Assembly: GCA_019752815.1 (NCBI GenBank)
Contig: JAIELQ010000005.1
Coordinates: 140,816-204,815 of the forward strand
DNA length: 64,000 nt
Direction: 5' to 3'
DNA from: Patescibacteria group bacterium
Lineage (GTDB): Bacteria > Patescibacteriota > Minisyncoccia > Phycocordibacterales > UBA918
In this document: positions 19,378-28,782 of the stretch, piece after piece
How positions within the stretch are numbered: the first letter of the stretch is position 1
Layout: every line of letters starts with the position of its first letter
Translations under genes and position numbers: made by a program
The notes under the pieces: generated by a model
Database searches by the model: none
The model's input: the letters and a program-made list of their open reading frames with translations, nothing else
Told to the model about the DNA's origin: nothing

Positions 19378-21162
19378 ATGTCAAAAGAAATCCGCAATAT
19401 TGCTATTATCGCTCACGTAGACCATGGGAAAACCACCCTCACTGACGCTCTCATGGAGCAAACGGGTGCTCGTGAAAAAGACGCCTCAATGGATAGTAAC
19501 GCCCTCGAACAAGAACGGGGAATTACTATTTATGCAAAAAATACGTCAATCGAGTACAAAGATACTAAAATCAATATTGTGGACACACCAGGTCACGCGG
19601 ACTTTGGTTCTGAGGTAGAACGGGTATTGCGTTCAATTGACTGTGTACTTTTGGTAGTAGACGCGCAGGAAGGGCCAATGCCACAAACACGGTTTGTGCT
19701 TAAGAAGTCACTTGAACTTGGTCTCAAGCCAATTGTTGTATTAAACAAAATCGACAAACCAGCAGCAGATATTCCACGAGCCGAAGAGCAAGTACTGGAA
19801 CTCTTCCTTGAACTTGGTGCAAATGATGAACAATGTGATTTCACAACGGTTTACGCCATTGGACGCGAAGGTAAGGCCAAGCGCAAAGTAGAAGACGAGA
19901 TGGTTGATCTGTCACCACTTTTGGATGTGATTCTAGAATTGGTACCACCAGCGCGTGCGTATGTACCAGGCGAAGCGCTCCGCGCACAGGTATTTAACCT
20001 TGGCTACGATAACTTTCTCGGACGACTAGCGATTGCACGTGTCTATGAAGGTTCAGTAAAGGGTAATCAGCAATTGATTGTTAAACATGAAGGTCAAGAA
20101 AACCGAAAAGGTAAAGTAGTTAAGCTCAATACATTCAAAGGGATTTCAAAAGTAGAAACTCCAGAAGCGTTTGCCGGAGACATCGTGATGATTGCTGGGT
20201 TTGAAGACATTAACATCGGCGACACCTTAACTGACTCTGATGCGGCTGAACCATTGCCAGCTATCAAGGTAGACGAACCAACCATCGCCTTGCAGTTTAT
20301 GCCAAACAGTTCTCCGTTTGCCGGACGTGAAGGGAAGTACGTAACCAGTCGTCAAATCAAAGAACGTTTGGAAAAAGAACTCGAAGTAAACGTTGGGCTC
20401 CAGGTAAACTTTGACCAAGGTGATAGTTTTGAAGTTCGTGGACGGGGTGAAATGCACATCGCGATTTTGCTCGAAAACATGCGTCGTGAAGGGTATGAGC
20501 TCGCCGTGTCACAACCACAGGTAATTATCAAAGATATCGACGGTGTAAAATCTGAACCGTTTGAAGAAGTAACCGTAGATATTCCGTCAGAATTCCAAGG
20601 TGCAGTTATTGAACGATTGGGTACCCGTGGTTTTACCATGACCAATATGATCATGCACGAAAACCAAGTGCGTATCATGCTCGAAGGACCAACTCGTGGG
20701 CTCCTTGGATACAAAAACCAATTTGTGGTTGATACCAAGGGTGACGGTATCTTGGCCTCACGTGTGCTCGGTTTCCGTCCATACGCTGGTGAAATCAAGA
20801 AGCGCCAAGTAGGTTCAATGATTTCAATGATTCAAGGCAAGGCGCTTGGATTTGCACTCTTTAGTCTCCAGGACCGTGGACAACTCTACATTGGTGCTGG
20901 TACCGAAGTGTATGAAGGAATGGTGATTGGTAACACCAGTAAAGGTGAGGAAATGACCGTAAACCCAACCAAGGGTAAGCAGCTCACCAACATGCGTGCT
21001 TCTGGTTCTGATGATGCGATTGTGCTCATTAATCCTCGAGTTATCTCTATCGAAATTGGTCTCGAAATTATGGCTGACGACGAATACCTCGAAGTGACTC
21101 CACAATCAGTCCGTCTGCGAAAAGCCAAGTTGAAAGAAGGCGACCGCAAACGAGGGAGTTAA
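19378..21162 (+). CDS. typA: Translational GTPase TypA/BipA
   Basis: [47 protein letters not shown]; start at MSKEIRN. Confidence 0.98.
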   Translation: MSKEIRNIAIIAHVDHGKTTLTDALMEQTGAREKDASMDSNALEQERGITIYAKNTSIEYKDTKINIVDTPGHADFGSEVERVLRSIDCVLLVVDAQEGPMPQTRFVLKKSLELGLKPIVVLNKIDKPAADIPRAEEQVLELFLELGANDEQCDFTTVYAIGREGKAKRKVEDEMVDLSPLLDVILELVPPARAYVPGEALRAQVFNLGYDNFLGRLAIARVYEGSVKGNQQLIVKHEGQENRKGKVVKLNTFKGISKVETPEAFAGDIVMIAGFEDINIGDTLTDSDAAEPLPAIKVDEPTIALQFMPNSSPFAGREGKYVTSRQIKERLEKELEVNVGLQVNFDQGDSFEVRGRGEMHIAILLENMRREGYELAVSQPQVIIKDIDGVKSEPFEEVTVDIPSEFQGAVIERLGTRGFTMTNMIMHENQVRIMLEGPTRGLLGYKNQFVVDTKGDGILASRVLGFRPYAGEIKKRQVGSMISMIQGKALGFALFSLQDRGQLYIGAGTEVYEGMVIGNTSKGEEMTVNPTKGKQLTNMRASGSDDAIVLINPRVISIEIGLEIMADDEYLEVTPQSVRLRKAKLKEGDRKRGS

Positions 21163-21175
21163 TACTCATAAACTT

Positions 21176-21216
21176 AAACTAAAAACAGTCACTCATGGTG
21201 ACTGTTTTTAGTTTTT
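21176..21216 (+). terminator. Terminator after typA
   Basis: AAACTAAAAACAGTCAC-TCATG-GTGACTGTTTTTAGTTT. Confidence 0.8.
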
Positions 21217-21269
21217 GCAAAACAATGTTTCTGCTATACTTATTATAGATATGAAGAGGGAGGGGAATT

Positions 21270-21449
21270 ATGTCAGTTCTAAACCTGTTACTAAAATTGT
21301 GCGCCATTGATTGGTACTTTGTAGAGGGTAACGCTCTGCGTTCACAAGGGCAGTTTGTCTATCCGCCAGAAATTGTAAAAGCGGTGGCAGATAATGAACA
21401 AGTCCAGGTACCACATTTGGTATTCATAATAAGGTGTGAAGAAAAGTGA
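21270..21449 (+). CDS. 59-aa hypothetical protein below ORF-track cutoff (solo cassette)
   Basis: MSVLNLLLKLCAIDWYFVEG...IIRCEEK; TGCTATACT extended -10, GAGGGAGGGG SD, terminator at 21454-21480. Confidence 0.55.
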   Translation: MSVLNLLLKLCAIDWYFVEGNALRSQGQFVYPPEIVKAVADNEQVQVPHLVFIIRCEEK

Positions 21450-21480
21450 AAAGAAACAGCGCCTGTCGAGGCGCTGTTTT

Positions 21481-22191
21481 CTATTGGACGTTAATGAGTT
21501 GTAGAAATTGTTTCAGTTCAGGACCAACAATTTTTCGGTATTGATTTGGTTTGATGTTTTTCAGTTCAATGTTGGCAATGCGTACGCGTTTGAGGTTTTT
21601 AACTTGGTAGCCTAGCGCGGCACACATGCGACGGATTTGGTGCTTCTTGCCCTCAGTCAACGTAATATTAAATTTGTGTTCGTTTTTGGTTGACGGGACA
21701 ACTACGGTTGGTTTGGTTTGGTAGCCTTCGATATCAACGCCGTTTTGCATAAGGTGCACAAAAAGAGTGGAGATTTTTTTGTCGACTTCTACCTGATACT
21801 CTTTTTCAATACCAGATTCAGGTGACAGGAGGGGGCCAGTAATCCGACCGTCGCTGGTGATAATAATTAGTCCTTCTGAAGCTTTGTCTAAACGTCCCAC
21901 TGGTGACATGTTGGTAATACCAAAATCTTTTTCAAGCCTCATCACAATATCTACTTCTTTTTCACCTGGTGAATGGGTAATCGTGCCACGTCCTTTGTAG
22001 TAGGCGAGGTATTGTTTTTCCTTGGTGGTGCCTTTTACTTCAACTTTGTCACCTTCGTTTACTTGTGATCCGGGCACGGCTTTTTTGCCGTTAATCAGCA
22101 CTTGGCGTTTTTCAACCAGCACATCAGCCTCGCGACGTGACGCAATACCGATGTGGGCGAGATATTTATTAATACGCATTGGGAATTCCAT
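21481..22191 (-). CDS. rRNA pseudouridine synthase (RsuA/RluB/RluF family)
   Basis: S4 domain RINKYLA..SRREAD; GRLDKASEGL; LTEGKKHQIRRM. Confidence 0.95.
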   Translation of the reverse strand: MEFPMRINKYLAHIGIASRREADVLVEKRQVLINGKKAVPGSQVNEGDKVEVKGTTKEKQYLAYYKGRGTITHSPGEKEVDIVMRLEKDFGITNMSPVGRLDKASEGLIIITSDGRITGPLLSPESGIEKEYQVEVDKKISTLFVHLMQNGVDIEGYQTKPTVVVPSTKNEHKFNITLTEGKKHQIRRMCAALGYQVKNLKRVRIANIELKNIKPNQYRKIVGPELKQFLQLINVQ

Positions 22192-22285
22192 AGGTTAAAA
22201 TTATATCACAAAAATCTAGATTTGCAATATTTATGTAATACTAAAAAACCATGGATGGAATGTCCATGGTTTTTTGCGTTGATAA

Positions 22286-22858
22286 TTATTTTAGACTAAT
22301 CTCAGATGTTTTATATGATTCGAGCTCCTCAGCACTGAGTCGAGCTGCGGTTTGTTTTCGTCCATCCACCATGGTGAAGGGGAGGGAAGTTATCTGGAGG
22401 GAGATGTCGTCTTTTACTGATGCGGTACGCATATCCACGAGGGCCACCAGGGTAAACGTTTGTGATTTACCTTTTGGTAGGTAGTATTGATTGTCTTTGA
22501 TGTCAGCATCAGACACTACAATGGCTTTGGCTTTACCTGGTAACACACTGTAGTTAAGGCTAAAGCTTTGGTCGTTGCTTTTCATTACTGTTGAGGTGGC
22601 TTTTGCTTCAGTTTGGTCATTAAATAAAATACTGTATTTCACATCCGATCCTTTGTCAGTGAATTTGGTGTTACGGCTTGCTTCAATCGGCATGTACATT
22701 TCACGGTTCAAAAAGCCAAATTTATACGTCACAGTGAAAAGTGCATAACCATTCCCAAGGTCTTTAGCTGAAGTGTCAGTCACCGAATAGGCCTGTGAGG
22801 CGCTGGGAAGGATAAGAGTTCCTAGTAAAAGAGCACTAAAAAGAATATTTGATTTCAT
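22286..22858 (-). CDS. Hypothetical exported protein
   Basis: Signal peptide ending SQA; 190 aa. Confidence 0.7.
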   Translation of the reverse strand: MKSNILFSALLLGTLILPSASQAYSVTDTSAKDLGNGYALFTVTYKFGFLNREMYMPIEASRNTKFTDKGSDVKYSILFNDQTEAKATSTVMKSNDQSFSLNYSVLPGKAKAIVVSDADIKDNQYYLPKGKSQTFTLVALVDMRTASVKDDISLQITSLPFTMVDGRKQTAARLSAEELESYKTSEISLK

Positions 22859-22928
22859 GTTTATATTTTACTATATCTTATAGGCATTTCAAAACTGAAA
22901 TTTTTTAATGCTATAGTACGTAATACAC

Positions 22929-23528
22929 ATGTTGGGCACCGAGATACCACAAGAGCTAACAGATGCACAAGTAGTCGCGCAATCACTAGTTGACCGCAGC
23001 TATTTTGCGCTCATTGTGGAACGGTACGAAGACAAACTGATGCGCTACATTAGGCGGCTCGGCGTTAGTTCTCATGAAGACCGGCAAGACATTCTCCAGG
23101 AAATTTTTTTAAAAGTGTATAAAAACCTTAACGGTTTTGATAGTGGATTATTGTTTTCGTCTTGGATATACCGGATTGCACATAACGAAACAATTTCATG
23201 GTATCGTAAGCAAAACGTTCGCCCCGAAGGGCACCTCATCAGTGACAATGAAGAGCTCTTTTTATATATTCCTGATGGTGGTGCATCAGCAGAACAGCTG
23301 GTTGATGAAGCAATCGATGCCAAACGTTTACGGCAGGCACTTTTGGTGCTCGACGCCAAATACCGTGACCCCATCATTTTGCGTTTTTTTGAACATAAAG
23401 AATACGATGAAATTTCTGATATTTTGAAAATCCCTATCGGTACGGTTGGTACCTTAATCTCTCGGGGAAAGATGAAGCTGCAAATGATACTGACGAATGA
23501 AGAAACAACTAGTACGAAACAACCATGA
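22929..23528 (+). CDS. ECF RNA polymerase sigma factor
   Basis: DILQEIFLKVY, FSSWIYRIAHN, YDEISDILKIPIGTVGTLISRG. Confidence 0.93.
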   Translation: MLGTEIPQELTDAQVVAQSLVDRSYFALIVERYEDKLMRYIRRLGVSSHEDRQDILQEIFLKVYKNLNGFDSGLLFSSWIYRIAHNETISWYRKQNVRPEGHLISDNEELFLYIPDGGASAEQLVDEAIDAKRLRQALLVLDAKYRDPIILRFFEHKEYDEISDILKIPIGTVGTLISRGKMKLQMILTNEETTSTKQP

Positions 23529-24445
23529 CAAACGACTCATCACAACAAAATAACCATCAAAAAGACTCCTCTACGGTCGATCGTCTTTTTGAACGGATTG
23601 AAGCAGAATCTATTACCCCAACACCAAAAATAAAGTTTGTAGCGGCACAATGGGGGTTGTGGCTCGTCTGGGGGTTAACGGTATTTTTTGGAGCTGCTGC
23701 GCTCGCGATTAGTGGCTATGTAACGATGAGTGCTCAGTACGCCCTCTATGAAGCAACCCATGAAAACTTTTTGACGTTTATGGTAGCTATCATGCCGTAC
23801 ATTTGGTTAGTGCTGTTTGCTCTGATGACCTATATTTCAGTGTACGAGATCAAGAATACCAAACGAGGCTATCGCTATAGTACGATTGTTGTTCTTGGCA
23901 GTAACGTAATCTTTACAATTCTCGGAGCCGTGTTGTTACATTGTCTGGGGTTAGGGTACACCCTTGATCAGAAATTAGGTGAGCAAATTGGTATGTACAT
24001 GTCGCTTGAAAAACGAGAACAGTCACTGTGGCAGAAGCCGGTTGAGGGACGGTTGGTGGGAATATTAGAACCAATCGCAACACCAGTTACTGGGGAAGTA
24101 GCGATCCTGAATTTTAAAGATAGTACCGGTGTCTTATGGCGTCTCAGTGTCGATGAGTTAAATGAGCGCGAGCGTTTACTACTCACCCGGGCGCTACCGG
24201 TACGATTACTTGGTACGACTACCAGCGATTTTAGCTTCCATGTTTGTGGGGTATTTCCGTGGGCTCAGGGGAGAGCGATGCCACGCAGGGAAATGCGTGA
24301 ACATCGTGCTGAATTTGACGCCATGATGCTTGATAAAATGGAGAAAATTGAGGACTGGGGCAGAGAATTAGGCCCAAGAACCCCACTAGAGAGACCAGAA
24401 ACCAGTCTCTGCGCCACTTTGCCAATAATGAAACGCATGCGGTAG
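23525..24445 (+). CDS. Membrane protein, putative anti-sigma factor
   Basis: ATGA overlap with ECF sigma gene; 3 TM segments plus C-terminal domain. Confidence 0.55.
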   Translation: MTNDSSQQNNHQKDSSTVDRLFERIEAESITPTPKIKFVAAQWGLWLVWGLTVFFGAAALAISGYVTMSAQYALYEATHENFLTFMVAIMPYIWLVLFALMTYISVYEIKNTKRGYRYSTIVVLGSNVIFTILGAVLLHCLGLGYTLDQKLGEQIGMYMSLEKREQSLWQKPVEGRLVGILEPIATPVTGEVAILNFKDSTGVLWRLSVDELNERERLLLTRALPVRLLGTTTSDFSFHVCGVFPWAQGRAMPRREMREHRAEFDAMMLDKMEKIEDWGRELGPRTPLERPETSLCATLPIMKRMR

Positions 24446-24689
24446 GTAATACCTAGAGACAGAGTAAAAAGAACGTGTTGTATATTACAAAACTTATTGT
24501 ATCGTAAGACAATGTTGCTAAAAAATGGCTCTATTGAGCCATTTTTTTAATGCTTTTACCCTTGATTTAGAGGGTAAGTGTTTGACATTACAGTCAAAAT
24601 ATGCTATAGTATTAAAACCAGCAAAGTTGTGATAGGATATTGCGGTTACAAGGTATCAGCTTGTATTTATAACTTAAGACAATTGGCTT

Positions 24690-25139
24690 ATTATATCCAC
24701 TGTAATCCTCGCTGTACTCTCTGTGTCGACCGCTTATGCAGTTCCAGAAAGTGCCGCGTACGGACATATTGTGACTGAGTCTGAGGCAGTAGTAGCGGCT
24801 GAAACGAACGCACATGTACATTCAAATACAGAAGCAATCGTTCGAGACTACTTCAAAGACATCCCAGTCATGATTCAGGTGGCTCGTTGCGAGTCTACCT
24901 TCCGCCATACTCTGGCGGATGGTTCAGTCTTGCAAGGATTGGTTGATAATGCTGACACGGGAGTAATGCAAATTAACAAGCGTTACCACCTTGAAACTGC
25001 AACTAGTCTCGGGCTCGACCTATACGATATTTATGACAACATGGCGTATGCCCGACATCTCTATGAGAAACAGGGCTTGCAACCATGGAGTGCGTCGTCT
25101 CCTTGTTGGGGACAGACACTTGCCATGAATACTCAATAA
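24690..25139 (+). CDS. Exported lysozyme-like / lytic transglycosylase (Rpf-like) protein; start uncertain (ATT 24690 or GTG 24723)
   Basis: VARCES catalytic Glu, GVMQIN, A..LY..QG..PW...C; in-frame hydrophobic signal IISTVILAVLSVSTAYA begins upstream of the GTG. Confidence 0.7.
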   Translation: MISTVILAVLSVSTAYAVPESAAYGHIVTESEAVVAAETNAHVHSNTEAIVRDYFKDIPVMIQVARCESTFRHTLADGSVLQGLVDNADTGVMQINKRYHLETATSLGLDLYDIYDNMAYARHLYEKQGLQPWSASSPCWGQTLAMNTQ

Positions 25140-25140
25140 T

Positions 25141-25265
25141 AGAATAGTTCTAAAACTCCTAGCTACTACGCTTACTGCGTCGAGAATATGTTCACCGTAC
25201 AATTAGTACGGCTCACACATTCTCTCCTGGTCGCCTTGTATCTAGAAGTTCATTGGAACTATTCT
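25141..25265. repeat. ~125-bp imperfect-palindrome element, copy C
   Basis: Ends AGAATAGTTC / GAACTATTCT; core TTCACCGTAC-AATTA-GTACGGCTCA at 25191-25215. Confidence 0.7.
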
Positions 25266-25325
25266 GTCTCCACTACAAAAAACTCCCTTCGGGGAGTTTT
25301 TTGTATCTGCTATAATTGAATAACC

Positions 25326-25790
25326 ATGACAAAAACGACTAATTACTGGATTATGAAATCTGAACCGCATGAGTTTAGTATTGATGATCTTAAGAAAAAA
25401 GACGTCTCAATCTGGGACGGAATTCGTAACTACCAAGTACGGAATATGATTCGGGATGTGATGGGGGTAGGGGACCGAGCTTTTTTCTATCATTCCAGTA
25501 GCAAAGAAATTGGAATAGTGGGGGAGATGGAGATAATTAAAAGTGCCTATCCAGATCCAACACAGTTCAAAGCAAATAGTAGATATTTTGATAAAGGTTC
25601 TAAAAAAGACGCTCCGCGCTGGTTGTCAGTGGATGTGAAATTTGTAGCCAAATTTCCACGTACACTAACGTTGGCGGAAATTAAACTCAACCCAAAATTT
25701 GAATCACTACCACTCGTGAAGAAAGGGAATAGGCTATCAATTATGCCGATTAGTAAAGCGCACTACGATTTGATAAAGAAAACAGTTTAA
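25326..25790 (+). CDS. EVE domain protein
   Basis: YWIMKSEP..FSIDDL..WDGIRNYQVRN..GD..FFYHS..RLSIMP. Confidence 0.93.
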   Translation: MTKTTNYWIMKSEPHEFSIDDLKKKDVSIWDGIRNYQVRNMIRDVMGVGDRAFFYHSSSKEIGIVGEMEIIKSAYPDPTQFKANSRYFDKGSKKDAPRWLSVDVKFVAKFPRTLTLAEIKLNPKFESLPLVKKGNRLSIMPISKAHYDLIKKTV

Positions 25791-25828
25791 GCTTTCAGTG
25801 AACTGAAAGTTACATATTTAACATACAT

Positions 25829-26116
25829 ATGGCAAAAGTAACCAAAGCGTCTGATGCTAAAAAATTTACTGATATCCCAAACGTCGGGAAGGCGGTAGCA
25901 CAAAAACTCATAATGCTAAATCTAAAATCTCCGTCTGATTTAAAAACCAAAGATGCCTATGCGCTCTATACGAAACTAAATAAATTAACAGGCATGCGCA
26001 ACAATCCGTGCCTCCTCGATACCTTTATTGCTGCGATAGACTTCATGAACGGCGCTCCCTCCAGATATTGGTTTTATTACACCAAAGACCGGAAGAAACA
26101 ATATCCAAAATTATAG
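25829..26116 (+). CDS. Helix-hairpin-helix protein (Cdd1 / mitomycin-resistance-like)
   Basis: IPNVGKAVA..L..DAYALY..L..PCLLDTF..W. Confidence 0.75.
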   Translation: MAKVTKASDAKKFTDIPNVGKAVAQKLIMLNLKSPSDLKTKDAYALYTKLNKLTGMRNNPCLLDTFIAAIDFMNGAPSRYWFYYTKDRKKQYPKL

Positions 26117-26119
26117 TTC

Positions 26120-27061
26120 TTATTTTTTCAGTGGATGGAACTCCTTGTGGGTTGTTTCCGCGTATCTGTCAGACGCATGGACGTAACGGGAAGTAGTTTC
26201 GAGTGACTCGTGACCTAACAGAACCTGGATGGCGGCGGGGTTGGCGCCTTGTTCGGCGAGGTATGTCGCAAAACCGTGACGCAATGAGTGGGCGCTCGTG
26301 GGGATGCTGATACCTAACATCTCACGGTACCATTTAATTTTCATTTGCAGGTAGTTAGCCGAAATATGTTTCTTAACATTTTTAGCATTAAGTCCCCGTT
26401 GGGCCACAAATATATAGGGACAGTCATCATCACGCATTTTGAGATATGTACGAATGTAACCTTCAGCTCGAGCAGTCAGGTAAATGAAACGTTGTTTACG
26501 ACCCTTACCTAAAATGTAAATTTTACCGGTCTGATCAAGCTGACTGATTTTGAGACTAATCAACTCCGAGATACGCATACCGCTCGCAAATAACGTCTCC
26601 AGTAATGCCCGGTTACGAGCCGCGACGAACTCGTCTTTTTCCAAGGTAGTAGGGGATTCAATTAATTTGATGAGTTCGTTTAGTTCAAGGAGCTGTCCGG
26701 TAGGTTTTTGCATCCGAAGCAATTTGATAGCGGTCGGCGCAACCGGCACCGGTTCATCCATATCCATCAGGAACCCCAGGTAACGCCTGAGGGAAGTGAG
26801 GTGCCGATTAATGGAACCACTTTTTAATTTAACTTCGGACTCGGCTCCACCCGAGGTCTTGCGAGTAGGGGAGTTGAGGTACGCTTTGTATTGCTCCAGC
26901 GTTCGTTTGGTCACTTTATCAAATGGCACTCCTTTTAATTCATTCTGTAAAAAATTTGCAAACGTATCGAGGTCACGCTCGTAGTTATACAAAGTTTCCG
27001 GGGAATAATTATTCGCCTGGATGTGTAAAAGAAAATCGTCGATGAGAGGGAGGGTATTCAT
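26120..27061 (-). CDS. XerC/XerD-like tyrosine recombinase
   Basis: Core-binding SPETLYNYERDL; catalytic GMRISEL, GKG, HSLRH, LLGH, TTSRY. Confidence 0.92.
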   Translation of the reverse strand: MNTLPLIDDFLLHIQANNYSPETLYNYERDLDTFANFLQNELKGVPFDKVTKRTLEQYKAYLNSPTRKTSGGAESEVKLKSGSINRHLTSLRRYLGFLMDMDEPVPVAPTAIKLLRMQKPTGQLLELNELIKLIESPTTLEKDEFVAARNRALLETLFASGMRISELISLKISQLDQTGKIYILGKGRKQRFIYLTARAEGYIRTYLKMRDDDCPYIFVAQRGLNAKNVKKHISANYLQMKIKWYREMLGISIPTSAHSLRHGFATYLAEQGANPAAIQVLLGHESLETTSRYVHASDRYAETTHKEFHPLKK

Positions 27062-27785
27062 AATTGATATTTCTATTATATATTGATAGCGGGGTACTTC
27101 CCGTTAGGTTATTAATAACTGAGTATAATAACTCTAATACTCAGTATTATATCAATAATAAAGGTTTATTACACATCCGGCTGTTTATAACCATAAAGAC
27201 CTTCTGCCCCAGGCTTATTAAAATTTTGAATTAATTATTGAGTTTAGTTTCGGTATTTAATTTCCCGTATGTTTTTTCCAGATTTCTCTCTTTTAAATTT
27301 TATGTTTATTTCTCTGTAAATCAGTTTCTGGATACTTTTTATGCATATTTACCTATGTCTGAGCTTTTTTACAAATTGTGTAGATTTACCATTTTGAGAC
27401 TTTTTGACCACTGGTACCCCAGTATCTCTTTTTTACTACTGGAGGCCATTCTACGAAGCTCAAAATTCGATTTTAAGGCCGATGCATATTTTAAGACGAC
27501 ATCTACATCATGTGAAAATTTACGCGAGTATGAGTGTATGATGCTAGGTGTGAAAAATGTTCTGTGTCAGGCGAGTTTTGATATGAGATACACAAGAGTA
27601 GATTACTAGATGAAGCAGGTATCATCTATAGGTGTGTGAGGGCGGGTAAATTGTAAATGTGCACAGCTTGGATCATTTTTAAAAAATTTAAAATTAACAG
27701 GGGAGTCAGATATCATAAAAATATTTTCTGCTCCCCCGCTGTTGTAAAAAGTTTTTGCTCCGCCAAAATTTTTTGGCGGAGCAAT

Positions 27786-28097
27786 TCATCTTACAATTTT
27801 AAGGTGAGAGTTTTCATTTGCTGGTGGGACTTCCTCGTCCTCAAGACCATCATCGATGCAGTGACTGAACTCCTCAATCATTTTTGGATCAATTTTAAGA
27901 ATGGTTGCTCCACCAGTCAACTTCCAGCCAGCTTTACCATACTTTGATTCGGTATGCTTTACAATAAATCCCTTTGTCGCTTCCCTCTTGCTTGTAGGAT
28001 GGTCATAGATCATTGTGCGCATAAAAACACCTTCAGCAATTGTATTGCCCTCGTTGTCTTCAAGGTACTGCAAACAACTAAAGACATAGTACGTCAT
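27786..28097 (-). CDS. Hypothetical protein (solo cassette)
   Basis: 103 aa; TTGACA-N16-TAGTAT, SD GGGAGG 6 nt before ATG; hairpin directly after stop. Confidence 0.65.
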   Translation of the reverse strand: MTYYVFSCLQYLEDNEGNTIAEGVFMRTMIYDHPTSKREATKGFIVKHTESKYGKAGWKLTGGATILKIDPKMIEEFSHCIDDGLEDEEVPPANENSHLKIVR

Positions 28098-28176
28098 AAG
28101 TGACCTCCCTGCTCGTGTATGTTTCTATTTCAATACTATTCCCTCCTAATAAAATGTCAATTTAGTTTTTTATAAT

Positions 28177-28776
28177 TTAAGTTGCCTTAAAGAACGTGGG
28201 TGGTTCGGCGTCAAATTTTACCTCGGGTAAACTACCTACAGTCTCATGCTCTTTAAGGTGAGGATACTGCGCGCGGTACGCTACCATGACGTCGCCAAAT
28301 ACCGAATCATTCCAGTCGAGGTTCAGTAACAGGCTCAGATGTTGTAGAGTCGAAGTATCTGGTCCTTCGATTTCAATATACGGATTAAGCCATGGCCAGA
28401 CATCAAGCACAATTTCGCAACCTCGGAACTCCCAGGTCTCACGCATAGATTCCTGGAATGATAAAACTTCCAGACCAGCTGCTTCAAATATTTTTATTGT
28501 ATTTTCAAATGAATCTACCGTCGTGGTTATTTCCTTAGCACCATCAACTGACAGTGACTGAAACTGTTTAAACGTTAGAGTGGTAGCATCACCTTCGTCG
28601 CGCACCCGAATAAATGAGTTGCTGGTGCCAGTTTGTAATCTTCTGTCCGGGTAATCAATAATTGCCCGTCGCATCAGCCGCATTGGTTTAGTGCAAGTAG
28701 CATCAAGTCCACGCAATTTGGCACGGATGTCGTCATGGTCTATATTTAAAAATTTCACCTCAATTTCTGTTGTCAT
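28177..28776 (-). CDS. CYTH domain protein (class IV adenylate cyclase-like)
   Basis: EIEVKF, IRVRDEG, LTFK, RETW, YIEIEG. Confidence 0.9.
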   Translation of the reverse strand: MTTEIEVKFLNIDHDDIRAKLRGLDATCTKPMRLMRRAIIDYPDRRLQTGTSNSFIRVRDEGDATTLTFKQFQSLSVDGAKEITTTVDSFENTIKIFEAAGLEVLSFQESMRETWEFRGCEIVLDVWPWLNPYIEIEGPDTSTLQHLSLLLNLDWNDSVFGDVMVAYRAQYPHLKEHETVGSLPEVKFDAEPPTFFKAT

Positions 28777-28782
28777 AGAAGA

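Noticed and set aside
3229-27061. Hairpin elements as integron attC sites with the tyrosine recombinase as IntI
   Set aside because: No RYYYAAC/GTTRRRY ends, the elements are not arrayed and follow ordinary genes, and the recombinase shows no IntI-specific insertion.
27238-27947. 123-aa and 96-aa + strand ORFs in the AT-rich region
   Set aside because: Phe-rich composition from T-tracts, no motifs, and the second overlaps a better-supported - strand gene.
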